Source: Chiloscyllium plagiosum
Taxonomy: Eukaryota
Length of the DNA: 64,000 bases
NCBI RefSeq assembly: GCF_004010195.1
Contig: NC_057719.1
Location: 7,781,974 to 7,845,973 of the forward strand
Reading direction: 5' to 3'
Notes under the pieces: model-generated
The model's database searches: none
Seen by the model: the letters and a program-made list of their open reading frames with translations, nothing else
What the model was told of the DNA's origin: nothing
In this document: positions 22,389 through 35,004 of the stretch, piece by piece
Numbering within the stretch: position 1 is the stretch's first letter
Layout of the letters: each line of letters starts with the position of its first letter
Program-made: the position numbers and the translations under genes

Positions 22389-25300
22389 ATAATAGACAAT
22401 AGACAATAGGTGCAGGAGTAGGCCATTCAGCCCTTCGAGCCTGCACCGCCATTCAATATGATCATGGCTGATCATCTTTAATCAGTATCCTGTTCCTGCC
22501 TTATCTCCATAACCCTTGATTCCACTATCCTTGAGAGCTCTATCCAACTCTTTCTTAAATGAATCCAGAAACTGGGCCTCCACTGCCCTCTGGGGCAGAG
22601 CATTCCACACAGCCACCACTCTCTGGGTGAAGAAGTTTCTCCTCATCTCTGTCCTAAATGGTCTACCCCGTACTTTTAAGCTGTGTCCTATGGTTCGGCA
22701 CTCACCCATCAGCAGAAACATGTTTCCTGCCTCCAGAACGTCCAATCCTTTAATAATCTTATATGTCTCAATCAGATCCCCTCCCAATCTTCTAAACCCA
22801 AGGGTATACAAGCCCAGTCGCTCCAGTCTTTCAGCATAAGGTAGTTCCGCCATTCCAGGAATTGACCTCGTGAACCTACTCTGCACTCCGTCAATAGCCA
22901 GAATGTCTTTCCTCAAATTTGGAGACCAGAACTGCACACAATATTCCAGGTGTGTGGTCTCACCACGGCCCTGTACAGCTGCAGAAGAACCTCTTTGCTT
23001 CTATACTCATTCCCTCTTGTTATGAAGGCCAGCATGCTATTAGCCTTCTTCACTACCTGCTGTACCTGCATCCTTACCTTCATTGAGTGGTGTACAAGAA
23101 CCCCCAGATCTCTCTGTACTGCCCCTTTACCTAAATTGATTCCACTTAGGTGGTAATCTGCCTTCCTGTTCTTGCCACCAAAGTGGATAAGGATCCATTT
23201 ATCCACATGAAAGTGCATCTGCCATGCATCTGAGCACTCACCTAACTTGTCCAGGTCACCCTGTAATCTCCTAACATCCTCATCACATTTCACCCTGCCA
23301 CCCAGCTGATGAAATTTGCGAATGTTATTGCTAATACCATCTTGTATATCCTGAAGATAGATTGTAAAAAGCTGCGGTCCCAGTACTGATCCGTGCGGTA
23401 CCCCACTGGGCAGTGCCTGGCATTCCGAAATGGAGGGGTGGAGGAGTGTGGAAGGATGAGAGAATGCAGGCTGCGGCCCTATGAAGCAGGGGGAGGGCTT
23501 GCAGTTGGCCTGTGTGGGGATGTGGGAGACTACAGGAGCCTGGTGGGCAAGGGCTGGCTGAAAGGCAGCTGGAGGAACGGAGGGAGGGAAGCACGCACAG
23601 AGGAGGAAGAGCAAAGAGAAAAGAGAAAAAAAAGCCAAAGGGGATAAAGAGAAAGAGCAACAAAGAAAATGTGGCTGGCCAGCACGCCTTGAAGTAGGCA
23701 GAAAAGGCAGGGGCCAGCGCCTACAGCCATACTAGTCTGAAAACGCCCGATCTCGTCTGATCTCGGAAGCTAAGCAGACTCAGGCCTGGTTAGTACTTGG
23801 ATGGGAAACCGCCTGGGAATACCAGGTGCAGTAGGCTTTTTCCGCCAGCAGTGGCTGCTCAAGTCACCCCTCTGCACTTGTCTTGTGCCAGGCAATGGAG
23901 CGGCAGGTTATTTCTGCNNNNNNNNNNNNNNNNNNNNNNNNNNNNNNNNNNNNNNNNNNNNNNNNNNNNNNNNNNNNNNNNNNNNNNNNNNNNNNNNNNN
24001 NNNNNNNNNNNNNNNNNNNNNNNNNNNNNNNNNNNNNNNNNNNNNNNNNNNNNNNNNNNNNNNNNNNNNNNNNNNNNNNNNNNNNNNNNNNNNNNNNNNN
24101 NNNNNNNNNNNNNNNNNNNNNNNNNNNNNNNNNNNNNNNNNNNNNNNNNNNNNNNNNNNNNNNNNNNNNNNNNNNNNNNNNNNNNNNNNNNNNNNNNNNN
24201 NNNNNNNNNNNNNNNNNNNNNNNNNNNNNNNNNNNNNNNNNNNNNNNNNNNNNNNNNNNNNNNNNNNNNNNNNNNNNNNNNNNNNNNNNNNNNNNNNNNN
24301 NNNNNNNNNNNNNNNNNNNNNNNNNNNNNNNNNNNNNNNNNNNNNNNNNNNNNNNNNNNNNNNNNNNNNNNNNNNNNNNNNNNNNNNNNNNNNNNNNNNN
24401 NNNNNNNNNNNNNNNNNNNNNNNNNNNNNNNNNNNNNNNNNNNNNNNNNNNNNNNNNNNNNNNNNNNNNNNNNNNNNNNNNNNNNNNNNNNNNNNNNNNN
24501 NNNNNNNNNNNNNNNNNNNNNNNNNNNNNNNNNNNNNNNNNNNNNNNNNNNNNNNNNNNNNNNNNNNNNNNNNNNNNNNNNNNNNNNNNNNNNNNNNNNN
24601 NNNNNNNNNNNNNNNNNNNNNNNNNNNNNNNNNNNNNNNNNNNNNNNNNNNNNNNNNNNNNNNNNNNNNNNNNNNNNNNNNNNNNNNNNNNNNNNNNNNN
24701 NNNNNNNNNNNNNNNNNNNNNNNNATCTTTGCTATGTTATATTTTTTCTCTTTTAACTTTATATGTTTCTTAACTTCCCTCATCAGCCACGGCCACCCAT
24801 GCCTCCTCCTAGGATCTTTCTTCCTTTTTGGAATGAACTGATCCTGCATCTTCTGCATTTTACACAGAAATATCTGCCACTGTTCCTCCACTGTCATCCC
24901 TGCTAAGGTATTGCACCATTGAACTTTGGCCTGCTCCTCCCTCATAGCTCCATAGTTCCCTTTATTCAACTGAAATATTGTCACTTCCGATTGTACCCTC
25001 TCCCTCTCAAATTTCAGATTGCAGCTTATTGTATTATGGTCACTACTTCGCAATGGCTCCTTCACTTTGAGGTCCCTGATCAATTCTGGTTCGTTGCACA
25101 ATACCAGATCCAGAATTGCCTTCTCCCTGGTAGAACAGCAGCTGTTCTAAGAATCCATCTCAGAGGCACTCCACAAAGTCTCTTTCTTGAGGTCTAATCC
25201 CATCCTGATTCTCCCAGTCTACCTGCATGTTGAAATCCCCCATAACAACTGTAGTAACATTTTTGCGACAGGCCAATTTCAGCTCCTGATTCAACTTACA

Positions 25301-25727
25301 TCCAACATCCAGACTACTGTTTGAGGGCCTGTAAATAACTCCCAAGAGGGTCTTTTTACCCTTAGAATTTCTCAGCTGTATCCATACTGACTCTACATCC
25401 CCTGATTCTAGGTCCCCCCGTGCAAGGGACTGAATATCACCCCTTACCAACATGGCCTCCCCACCCCCGCTGCCCGTCAGTCTGTCCTTACGATAGCACG
25501 TGTAGCCTTGAATATTCATTTCCCAGGTCCTGTCCACTTGAAGCCACGTCTCAGTTATCCCCACAATATCGTATCTGCATATTTCCAAAAGAGCCTCAAG
25601 CTCATCCATCTTATTTCTAATGCTTCGTGCATTCATATATAGTATTTTTAATTTGTTACTGCCCTCACCCTTCCCATCAACTCCTATTTCACTCAACCTT
25701 ACAGCATGATCCCTTTTTGAGTTTTGA
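22389..25727 (-). mobile_element. CR1 LINE (endonuclease to 3' tail) splitting the retrocopy; interrupted by a 5S unit and a gap
   Basis: YMNARSIRNK, DIVGITETW, VMGDFN at 25160-25700; RT C-terminus and (ctattgt)n tail at 22389-23432. Confidence 0.9.
23719..23838 (+). rRNA. 5S rRNA gene (dispersed copy with spacer-like flanks)
   Basis: gcctacagccatac...gatctcgtctgatctcggaagctaagcag...ttagtacttggatggga...cctgggaataccaggtgcagtaggct; paired termini; TTTTT terminator at 23837-23841. Confidence 0.95.
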
Positions 25728-25848
25728 GTTAAATGATCGAAAGTCAAGGTAAAGTTCACGTGGTTTAATGTCCATAGGAAGGCCACTGACAAAAAAACAT
25801 ATAGACCCCCTCTTCACTGTTGTTAGCTTCTTCACTTTTCATGCTCAT
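25728..25848 (-). pseudogene. rbpms2: rbpms2-like processed pseudogene, 5' coding part
   Basis: MSMKSEEANNSEEGVYMFF then, after a frameshift, VSGLPMDIKPRELYLDFRSF; abuts the YEGSLIKL part once the CR1 is removed. Confidence 0.85.
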
Positions 25849-26046
25849 GACTGGGGAACTAATTGAATCCGTTGGATCAGGCTGTGGAGGGGTGAGGGGT
25901 GGTCCGAAGGCATGCTTTACTGTGAATGGAGAAACTCTAGAGACGATGTTAGCTGCTGAAAGTATCTTTGCATTTCCTCTCTCATTCCTTCCATGCCAAG
26001 GGGTTATCAGTATGAAGATAGTCACACATTTAACTACACTAAATTG

Positions 26047-26847
26047 TGACAAAAGTGAGGAATGCAGATGCTGGAGATTAGAGTCGAGAGTGTGTTGCTG
26101 GAAAAGCACAGCAGGTCAGGCAGCATCCAAGGAGCAGGAAAATTGACATTTCGGGCAAAAGCCCTTCATCAGGAATGAAGCTGGGAGCCTCTGGGTTGGA
26201 GAGATGATAAATGGGAGGGGGCTGGGGCTGAGTTGAAGGAAGTTGAGAGTACGATAGGTTGATGGAGGTGGGGATAAAGGTGATAGGTCGGAGGGAGGGT
26301 GGAGTGGATGGGTGGGAAGGAAGATGGACAGATGGGACAGATCATGAGTGCGGTGCTGAGCTGGAAGGTTGGAACTGGGGTAAGGTGGGGGGAGGGAAAT
26401 GAGGAAACTGGTGAAATCCACATTGATGCCATGGGGTTGGAGGGTCCCGAGGCGGAAGATGAGGCATTCTTTCTCCAGGAGTCAGGTGGTGAGGGAGTGG
26501 CGATGGAGTAGGCCCAGGACCTGCATGCCCTTGGTGGAGTGGGAGGGGACGTTGAAGCGTTCGGTCATGGGCGGTGGGGTTGGTTGGTGCGGGTGTCCCG
26601 GAGATTCTCTGTAGCGCTCTGCGAGTAGGCATGCTGACTCCCCAATGTAGAGGAGACCGAAACAGATACAGTAAATGACGTGTGGAAGTGCAGGTGAAAC
26701 TTTGATGAATGTGGAGGACTCCTTTGGGGCCTTAGACGGAGGTGTGGGTACAGCCTCAGTCCTGATGATGGGCTTTTGCCCGAAACGTTGATTTTCCTGC
26801 TCCTCTGATGCTGCCTGACCTGCTGTGCTTTTCCAGCACCACACTCT
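26047..26847 (-). mobile_element. Penelope-like 3' fragment with inverted terminal repeat
   Basis: GIY-YIG remnant VIYCICFGLLYIGES..LAERYRE; hammerhead-like cores at both ends; 13-bp TSD ctacactaaattg at 26034-26046 and 26848-26860. Confidence 0.85.
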
Positions 26848-27989
26848 CTACACTAAATTGCATTGGCCTATTTCAACATTCTCAGTCATCTGAAGTCTGT
26901 TACTTTGTTCATCATTTGATGAACATTATCAAGTTTTATACAATGCATAAACTTCTAAATTGTACTGCCTAAACAATTCAGTCAATTATAGACAACAATC
27001 AATGGCCATAAAATCAAACCCTCGGGTGATCCCATTCAGGTTATTCAAAAGTTATTTTCTTTTAACAAATTGATATTTGGCGAATGTGAAAGCTGTCAGG
27101 AAAAATATTTTAAAATCTGGAACAGTAAGAAAATGACAAAGTAATTCCTGAGCTTTAGTAATTGAAGAGGCAGTTTCAGTTCAGATTTAAATCTCAAATG
27201 TTTGTGGGAAACACATGCAGAATGTTTTAAAATATACTCTCCAAATAAAACAGTCAGAATTACAGTGGCAACTTTGGTAGAGATCAACATTTTATGATTT
27301 TGCAATATGAAGGGGGCCAATGAAGTCTTAATAATTAACAGAACTGAAACAGCTCAGCCTCAAGTTCTAATATTCTCTAAAATCCTAACAAAACATCAAG
27401 CTAAAAATGCCCTCTTTTTGTGAACACTTCGTTAAAAACACAGCAGCAAAGATATTTTAATACAATACTATCATCTGGCAAAAGCATGACCACTGACCAA
27501 CTGTTTTTTTTAACAGGCATTTTAGAATTTCAAACAAATCAGGGGCTCAGGGCACTCAATCAATTTGTTTAACAGTTACAAATTTGATAATTTTAAAAAG
27601 GACATAACTTTGTACAATTTCAATGTAAAAACAAAATCTGCCCTATTACATAGTCCACAAAACACATTGAATTGTGATCCTAATTCAAACAAGGCAAAAC
27701 AGCTACTTAAAAGGATTTTCTGAACCAGGATTTTAATAAACCAAAATATTGTAATTGTCAAACACTCACAGTATGGCACAATTTACATTGACACTCCCTT
27801 TTCTGACCCAAATATTAGTGCAACCCCACTTTCAGCATTTCTTGTTTTTTACAGTATCCTCTTGATTAAATTAGAAAGGCCTCTGAGTGGACCACGTTGT
27901 GCCGCAATCCAAGCCACACTCTTTCCCCCAAACAAAGACTCCAATTTCACCACCAGGACACTTTAACCCCTTTCTCACTTTGCTTCTCA

Positions 27990-28668
27990 CTGGGGCTTGA
28001 ATCTCGATTAAACACAGAGGACTTGAACCTCAGTTGAACCCTGGGGACTCGAACTTCAATTAAACCTACCCAGGGGACTCAAACCCCAATACGACGCGGA
28101 GGACTTGAACCTCAAATGAACCCATGCGACTTAGACCTCAATTAAACGCACCCAGGGGACTCAAATCCCAATACAATGTGGAGAACTTGAAACTCAAGTA
28201 AACCCAGGGGACTCGGACCCCAGTTCTGCGTGGAGGACTCAAACCTCAATTAAACCCAGGGGACTTAGACCCCAGTACTGCGTGGAGGACTCAAACCTCA
28301 ATTAAACCCAGGGGCCTCGGACCCCAATACTGCGTGGAGGACTTGAACCTCAATTAAACCCAGGGGACTCTGACCCCAATACTGCGTGGAAGACTCGAAC
28401 CTCAGTTAAACCCAGGGGACTCAAACCCCAATACAGCGTGGAGGACTCAAACCTCAATTAAACCCACCCGGGGACTCGAACCTCAATTAAACTCACCCAG
28501 AGGACTCGAGCCTCAATTAAACTCACCCAGAGGACCCGAACCCCAATACTGCGTGGAAGACTCGAACCTCAATTAAACTCGCCCAGAGGACTCAAACCCC
28601 AATACAGCACGGAGAACGTGAACCTCAATTAAACCCAGGGGTCTCAAACCCCAATACAGCGTGGAGAA
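27990..28668. repeat. Minisatellite, ~52 bp unit built from two related ~26 bp subunits
   Basis: Repeated aaacccaggggactc(g/a)aaccccaatactgcgtggaggactc(a/g)aacctcaatt. Confidence 0.9.
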
Positions 28669-28952
28669 CCCACACAAACAGCAAGCAAATGGTCTTTCTC
28701 TAGTGCGAACTCATTGGTGTCTCTGCAGGTTGGATGACTGAGTGAATCACTTCCTACAGTCAGAGCAGATGAACAGCTTTTCCCCAGTGTGATTGCGTTG
28801 GTGAATTTAATGTTGGGATAGATAAAGACATCCCTTCTCACAATCTCCACATTTCCACAAGCTCTCTGGCATTGCACTGGCATTTGGACATTTCAGATGA
28901 ATCTTGACAGACTCGTCCAGACACAGATAATCCTGTTTCTCCCCAGTGTGAA
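28669..28952 (-). pseudogene. C2H2 zinc-finger gene remnant
   Basis: Hand translation HTGEK...[50 protein letters not shown]; in-frame stops. Confidence 0.85.
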
Positions 28953-29614
28953 TGATACAGTTCTGATCATGGAAAGAAAAAGTGTTCCACGACCACAGGC
29001 TGTTTACCCTGCAGCTCTAGAATGTCCTGCAGCCACTCCATGATATCGCGGATCCTTGCACCAGGGAGGTAACATACCATCCAGGATTCATGTCGTTCTC
29101 CTTCCACAGTTAAATGCCAATGATATTCAGATCCTGATGACTCTGCTGACTGTAAAACCTTGTTTTTGAGATCCCGGTCTCAATTATTCTCAATTAATAT
29201 CCTGGTCTGGCCTACATGTGACTCCAGTCCCATAGTAATGTGGTTGACTCTTAACTGCCCTCTGGGCAATTAGGGATGGGCAATAAATGCTGATTATCCA
29301 GTGACGCCCTCATCCTTTTACATAGTGATGCCACTGTGCCTTGGTGATGGAGCGAGGGAATGTTGAACGTGGTGGATAGGACACCACTCGGGCACAGTGC
29401 TTTGTCCTGGAGGATGATCACTTTCTTTAATATTGCTGCACTGATGTAGGCGAGTGGAGAATATTCCAACACAATCCTGATGTGTACACTCAATTTGAAT
29501 ATCCAGGTCCTGACGAATTGAGTAATTCTGCCAGAATTCGGTATTACAATTACTGTGATTCCCATCTGACTGTCCACCTGTAATATCCCAACCGCATTGT
29601 GGGAGCATCTTCAC

Positions 29615-29962
29615 TACACAAACTGTAGCACAAGAAAGTCAAACAAAACCTTCTTCACAGGCAACAGAGAACAGCCAGGGAATTCCAAAGGCATGGCACT
29701 CATCCACAGATTCAATCAATAAGCACATCCACCTGGACCCAATATACCGGCCACTGCAGCGGACAGCTGGAACTGACAACCGGAAGCGGCAGATACAACT
29801 CACTATAAATACCGGAGGAAACATCACAGAAGCGCTTCACAGGAGGCTCCCAAGCACTGAGGATGTCACCTAGACAGGGGATGAAATGTCTGCAACACAA
29901 ATTCCCAGCTCGGCGAACAGAACCACAACAACGAGCATCCAAGCTACAAATCTTCTCCCAAA
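29615..29962 (+). mobile_element. Penelope-like 3' end and terminal repeat with hammerhead motif (29854-29893)
   Basis: AWHSSTDSINKHIHLDPIYRPL C-terminus; gca-CTGAGGA-tgtcacctagacaggggat-GAAAT-GTC-tgc. Confidence 0.8.
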
Positions 29963-30557
29963 CATTGAAGGCAACAGGACTTTGACATTGATCACTGGCA
30001 TCGTGTCCTGCCCCTCCAAACGTTCCCAATGCTTTGGGCACAGCGACACCGAAAATTACCGGTCTTGCACTACGATAATCCTTTTGAAAGGTGACATTAA
30101 CTTTGACTGTCTCCCAGTCTCTCCATGAGTGTTGCTGGATATACTGAATATTTCCAGAGTTTTGTTATATTTGAAATTTCCAGCATTTCCAATGTTTGCC
30201 TTTGTGTTGGTTGTGATGCTGTTAATAATCGCTGATGTGATTGTTATTCTGGATTGTAGACATGGGTTTGGAAGATACTGTCAAAGGGTCCTTGACAGTA
30301 CAGTGCAGTTGTTGCAATGCATCTTCTAGATGGTGTATGTTCTAATATCGCCTGATGCTAATACCGGGCAAGTCAGATTCCAGAGTGAAACATGGCTTCA
30401 CAGACTATAGTCTTATTTTTGAAAGTTGGTTATTGTGGTGGTCAGTCTCTGAACATATTCACAAGAGCCTGCCAATGTAATTTTAATGGAAGAAATCAAA
30501 GTTTATTCCACATGAGAAGTAAACATGAACCACATAAGAACCACATAAGAACATTGG

Positions 30558-30884
30558 TGGGCGGCACGGTAGCACAGTGGTTAGCACTGCTGCTTCACAG
30601 CGCCAGAGACCCGGGTTCAATTCCCGCCTCAGGCGACTCTCTGTGTGGAGTTTGCACATTCTCCCCGTGTCTGCGTGAGTTTCCTCCGGGTGCTCCGGTT
30701 TCCTCCCACAATCCAATAAATGTGCAGGTTAGGTGAATTGGCCATGCTAAATTGCCCGTAGTGTTAGGTGAAGGGGTAAATGTAAGAGAATGGGTCTGGG
30801 TGGGTTACGCTTCGGCGGGTCGATGTGGACTTGCTGGGCCGAAGGGCCTGTTTCCACACTGTAAGTAATCTAATCTAATCTAAA
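30558..30884 (+). mobile_element. tRNA-derived SINE (HE1-like), full length
   Basis: Near-identical to the reverse complement of 13250-13566. Confidence 0.92.
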
Positions 30885-31424
30885 CTTTATGAAACAGTCT
30901 TATTAGAAATATCAGAAATTCAAAACATTTTAGTGTCACAATCAAATCTCAGTGAGCAGTCACACTTTAAAGTTCCTAATCTGGTTGATGTGGCCATACT
31001 TGGTTTCTTCCCCAGTAAACTTTTACATCCAATCCATTATATCTCCTGATTAATGTTGTTTCATGAGCCCCTTAAATAAGCCACTTGCACAGCTGACTTA
31101 GTTCTTAACATGGATTTTGAGATCATCTTCACAGCAGACTTCCTGGGATTTTCTGTTATTGATATTAATCCAATCAGGACTAAATTTCAGCCAACACAAT
31201 TTTGGATGCTTGTAGACTAATAGCTCCTTTGCTGCTGTAGATCTGTCTGACAGGAGCCTTCAAACTTACTGATTGAAACAATCTGGATGATCCCCCTTTT
31301 CTAAAAGAAAGCTTTATCTCTATCATTAGGCACCTTGTTGCTAAGGCCTTTTTTTCTTTCTCTTTGTTTTCTAAAGCACTGAACTATTCACCTCAGTAGT
31401 TCTTTAAAATATAATTTAAATTAT

Positions 31425-32050
31425 AGGATAGTGAAGAAGGCATATGGTAGGCTTTATTGGTCAGAGCATTGAGTGTAGGAGTTGGGAGGTCTTGTTGCGG
31501 CTGTACAGGACATTGGATAGGCCTCTTTTGGAATATTGCATCCAATTCTGGTCTCCCTGCTATTGGAACAATGTTGTGAAACTTGAAAGGGCTCAGAAAA
31601 GATTTACAAGGTTGTTGGCAGGGTTGGAGGGTTTGAGCTATAGGGAGAGGTTGAATTGGCTGGGATGTTTTCTCTGGATCATCGGAGGCTAAGGGATGAC
31701 CTTGTAAAGGTCTATAAAATCATGAGGGGTATAGATGGGATAAATAGATAGAGTCTTTTCCTTGGGGTGGGAGAGTCCAGAGTAAGAGAGCATAGGTTGA
31801 GGATGAGAGGGGAAACATTTAAAGGGGCAACTTTTTCACACAGAAGGTGGTGCGTGTATGGAATAAGCTGCCAGACGAAGTGGTGGAGTCTGGTATAATT
31901 TCAACATTTAAAAAGCAGGTGGATGGGTATATGAATAGGAATGGTTTAGATTGATATCAGACAAGTGCTGGGAAATGGGACTAGATTAGTTTAGGATATC
32001 TGGTCAGCATGAACGAGTTGGACCGAAGAGTCTGTTTCCGCGCAGTACAT
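31425..32050 (+). mobile_element. CR1 3' fragment
   Basis: LYRTLDRPLLEYCIQFWSP and CR1 3' UTR. Confidence 0.88.
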
Positions 32051-32949
32051 TTTTATTGCTTGATGACCCTGGTACCACACTCAGATCTCAAAATTCAACC
32101 AAGTTGTTTCCTTTTTAACACAGTCAATTTTGGAAATACAAATCAAATTTAATTAATGATTCTGTCCATATTACAACCCAAATTTCCAAACAATAATAAC
32201 ATTTAATAAATGTTCATCATGCAAGCATGCTGCTGATAAAGTGTGTGAATGTGGAAGGAGGTAGGTAGGCACTATTGTGGCGCCGTGGTAATGATGCTAT
32301 CCCTGTACTGGGAAGTGTGGGTTCAGGTCTGGGATGCAGATCTTTAGAAAATAGGTGGCAGGTTTATATAGAGGATCTGGATCAGCACAGGCTTGGAGGG
32401 CAGAAGGGCCTGTTCCGGTGCTGTAAGGTTCTATGTTCTTGAAGTTCCACCTGCTCCAGAGGTCTGTAATAACATCGCTGAACAGGCTGGTTGGAAAAAT
32501 AGGTTGAAGGAGGTAGATGGGATGTGAATCAAGTGGACTGCATTATCCAGGATGATGTTGAGTTTTGAGTGTTGTAGCAGTTGCTCTCATTCTAGCATGT
32601 GGAGACGATTATGTCACACACCTGAATGAATCTTGTGGATAGTGGACAGGCTTTTGGGAGTGTGCAGGTGATGTCCTCTTTGCCGAATTGCCAACTTTTG
32701 ACCTGTTCTTGTATCTCCAGTAATATTAAGCTGGTCAAGTTCATTTTCTGCCTAATGATTATCTGAAGGATGCTGAGGGTGAGCAGTTTAGTGTTGCCAA
32801 TCTTGTTGGGAATCATGTGGTGCGAACATTGCTTGCCATTTTTTAATCCAAGTTTGGATACTATCCTGGTTTTGTTGCATGTGGGCATGATATTTTGATA
32901 CATCATTATTGAAGTAGCCATTGATGGTTCAGCCTAGGATATTACAGGG

Positions 32950-33585
32950 AATGGAATATTGTCCTTCATTGCTAGAAGATGGAGTTTAAAAACAGAGCGG
33001 TTATGCTCCAACTATGTAGGGTGATGATAAGGCCACATCTGGAATACTGTGTACAGTTTTGGTCTCCTTACTTGAGAAAGGTGTAATGGCACTGGAGGGG
33101 GTGCAGAGGAGGTTTGCTAGATTGATTCTGGAGTTGAGAGGGTTGGCTTATGAGGAGAGATTGAGTAGACCCAGACTATACTTGGAATTTAGAAAAATGA
33201 GAGGGGATCTCATAGAAACACATAAAGTATGAAGGGAATAGATAAGATAGAATCAAGGAGGTTGTTTCCTACAAACAACTAGAACTAGAGGGCATAGATG
33301 CAAAATGAGAGGGAACAGATTTCGGACTGATTTGAAGAGGAACTCCTTCACCCAAAGGATTGTGAATCTGTGGAATTCCCTGCCCAGTGAAGCAGTTGAG
33401 GCTTCCTTGTTGAATATTTTTCAGAGAAAGACAGATTTTTGAACAGTAAAGGAATTAAGGTTATGGTGAGCAGGTGGGTAAGTGGAGGTGAGTCCGTGAG
33501 AAGATCAGCTATGATCCTATTGAATGGTGGAGCAGGCTTGAAGGGCCAGATGGCCGACTCCTGCTCCTAGTTCTTATATTCTTAA
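32950..33585 (+). mobile_element. CR1 3' fragment (older subfamily)
   Basis: RPHLEYCVQFWSP-like segment; 3' UTR cctgctcctagttcttat. Confidence 0.82.
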
Positions 33586-34221
33586 CACTCTGAGGAGCTC
33601 TTGCAGCTATGTCTTGGGGCTGAAATGACTGACCTTCATTCTCAACCATTTTCCTCTGAATTTGAATGAACTAATCTCCTGCTGTGATTTCCTATGAATG
33701 CCACTTTGGTAGTATGAGTGTAAATAAAACTGTAAGTATGATGGACAATAACCATAGGGCACACATTGAAGTGCAATTAATTATGTGACAGCGCTGTCAC
33801 CTGCTGGTTAAAGAGTAGGCAAAAACAACCCACCCTCCTCCACTCCCATGAGAGAGGGCCTGACACATTAAATGCCCAACAGGTATTTAACTGGTTAACA
33901 TTAAGCATCCCATTGGGCAGAGATGTTAATTTATAATAGTAATTCAAAACCAAGGGGAGAAATACAACTTCACAACAAGGATGATTATAATTACATGCAC
34001 CAGATCAATACTCCACCAGCCTGATGTCCCTAGATACCTAAAAAGAAGTGTATATGATCAAAATATACCTACTTGATCATTGTAGTAGCAGATTGTCTAG
34101 TGCCACCCCCCACTGGTCCAGCAGGTTTCTTTTCTGGGCATGAAGACTTTTGTTCCATTTTGCCCAACAGAGTGAGATAGTTCATGATTCCCTTCATCCA
34201 TTTGCAGGATGCATCACCCTT

Positions 34222-34371
34222 ATGGCGGACTCATCAAGCGATTCAGACACGCACCTTCATCACTTTCGCAGGCAGCGAGGACCACAGAGAGGAGCGACTA
34301 AGGGAAGGAGCGGAATGCACAATGCTGATGATGTGTCTGAGAAAATAGACGCATTAGCAAGCACTTTACAG
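34222..34371 (+). CDS. cep128: CEP128 orthologue, first coding exon (acceptor at 34206-34207; exon from 34208)
   Basis: MADSSSDSDTH...VSEKIDALASTLQ resembles the recalled CEP128 N-terminus (MAESSSESDH...EKVNTITSTLQ); GT donor at 34372, phase 0. Confidence 0.9.
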
Positions 34372-35004
34372 GTACTTTGTTGGATTTATAAATGTCTTTA
34401 TGTTGCTTGTCATTCTTGGGCACTTGAAGGACAGCACAGTTTGTTTTAACCAGCACCTTATGAATCAAGACACTTGATAAACCAACAAAAATTATATACC
34501 TCAAATGCAATGAAGTTTACTGTATTATTCTGTCCAATTATATTGTAGTTTATAAATTCTTTTACCTCTATATAAGTATACTTGCTATTCAATTGAGTGG
34601 CCATGCGAAACATCAACAGTTCATTCAATTTCAAGATCATTTCTCCTCAAATACTGTAATCTACCATGATGTCTGAGTAGTCAGTTGAGGTTGTGAGTGG
34701 AGAAGGCTCTCTGCGGGTAAGTTTTATTTAAGACAAAGTTGCATTATTATTTAAGTGATTTATGTTGTAAATAAAGTATAACAGTGATGTGTATACCCCT
34801 TGCATTATGTTCCTATTATTCTGTGTTTTTACATTGTTTATATGGACCTCTTGATCATCTGGAATATTTGATCAATTGGCACACTCCTGGTCCTGTAGGT
34901 ACCGGATACTAATATGTTCATTGTTTTTAGAAACATTGAAACTAGGAGCAGGGATAGGGCATTTGGCCCTTCGAGCCTGCTGTGTCATTCAATATGATCA
35001 TGAT

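Noticed and set aside
23797..25101. Long ORFs of 296-397 aa
   Set aside because: They run through an N gap; artefacts
27990..28668. CRISPR-like repeat array
   Set aside because: No unique spacers, no cas genes and a vertebrate context; it is a minisatellite
30558..30630. tRNA gene
   Set aside because: It is the tRNA-derived head of a SINE, with body and tail attached
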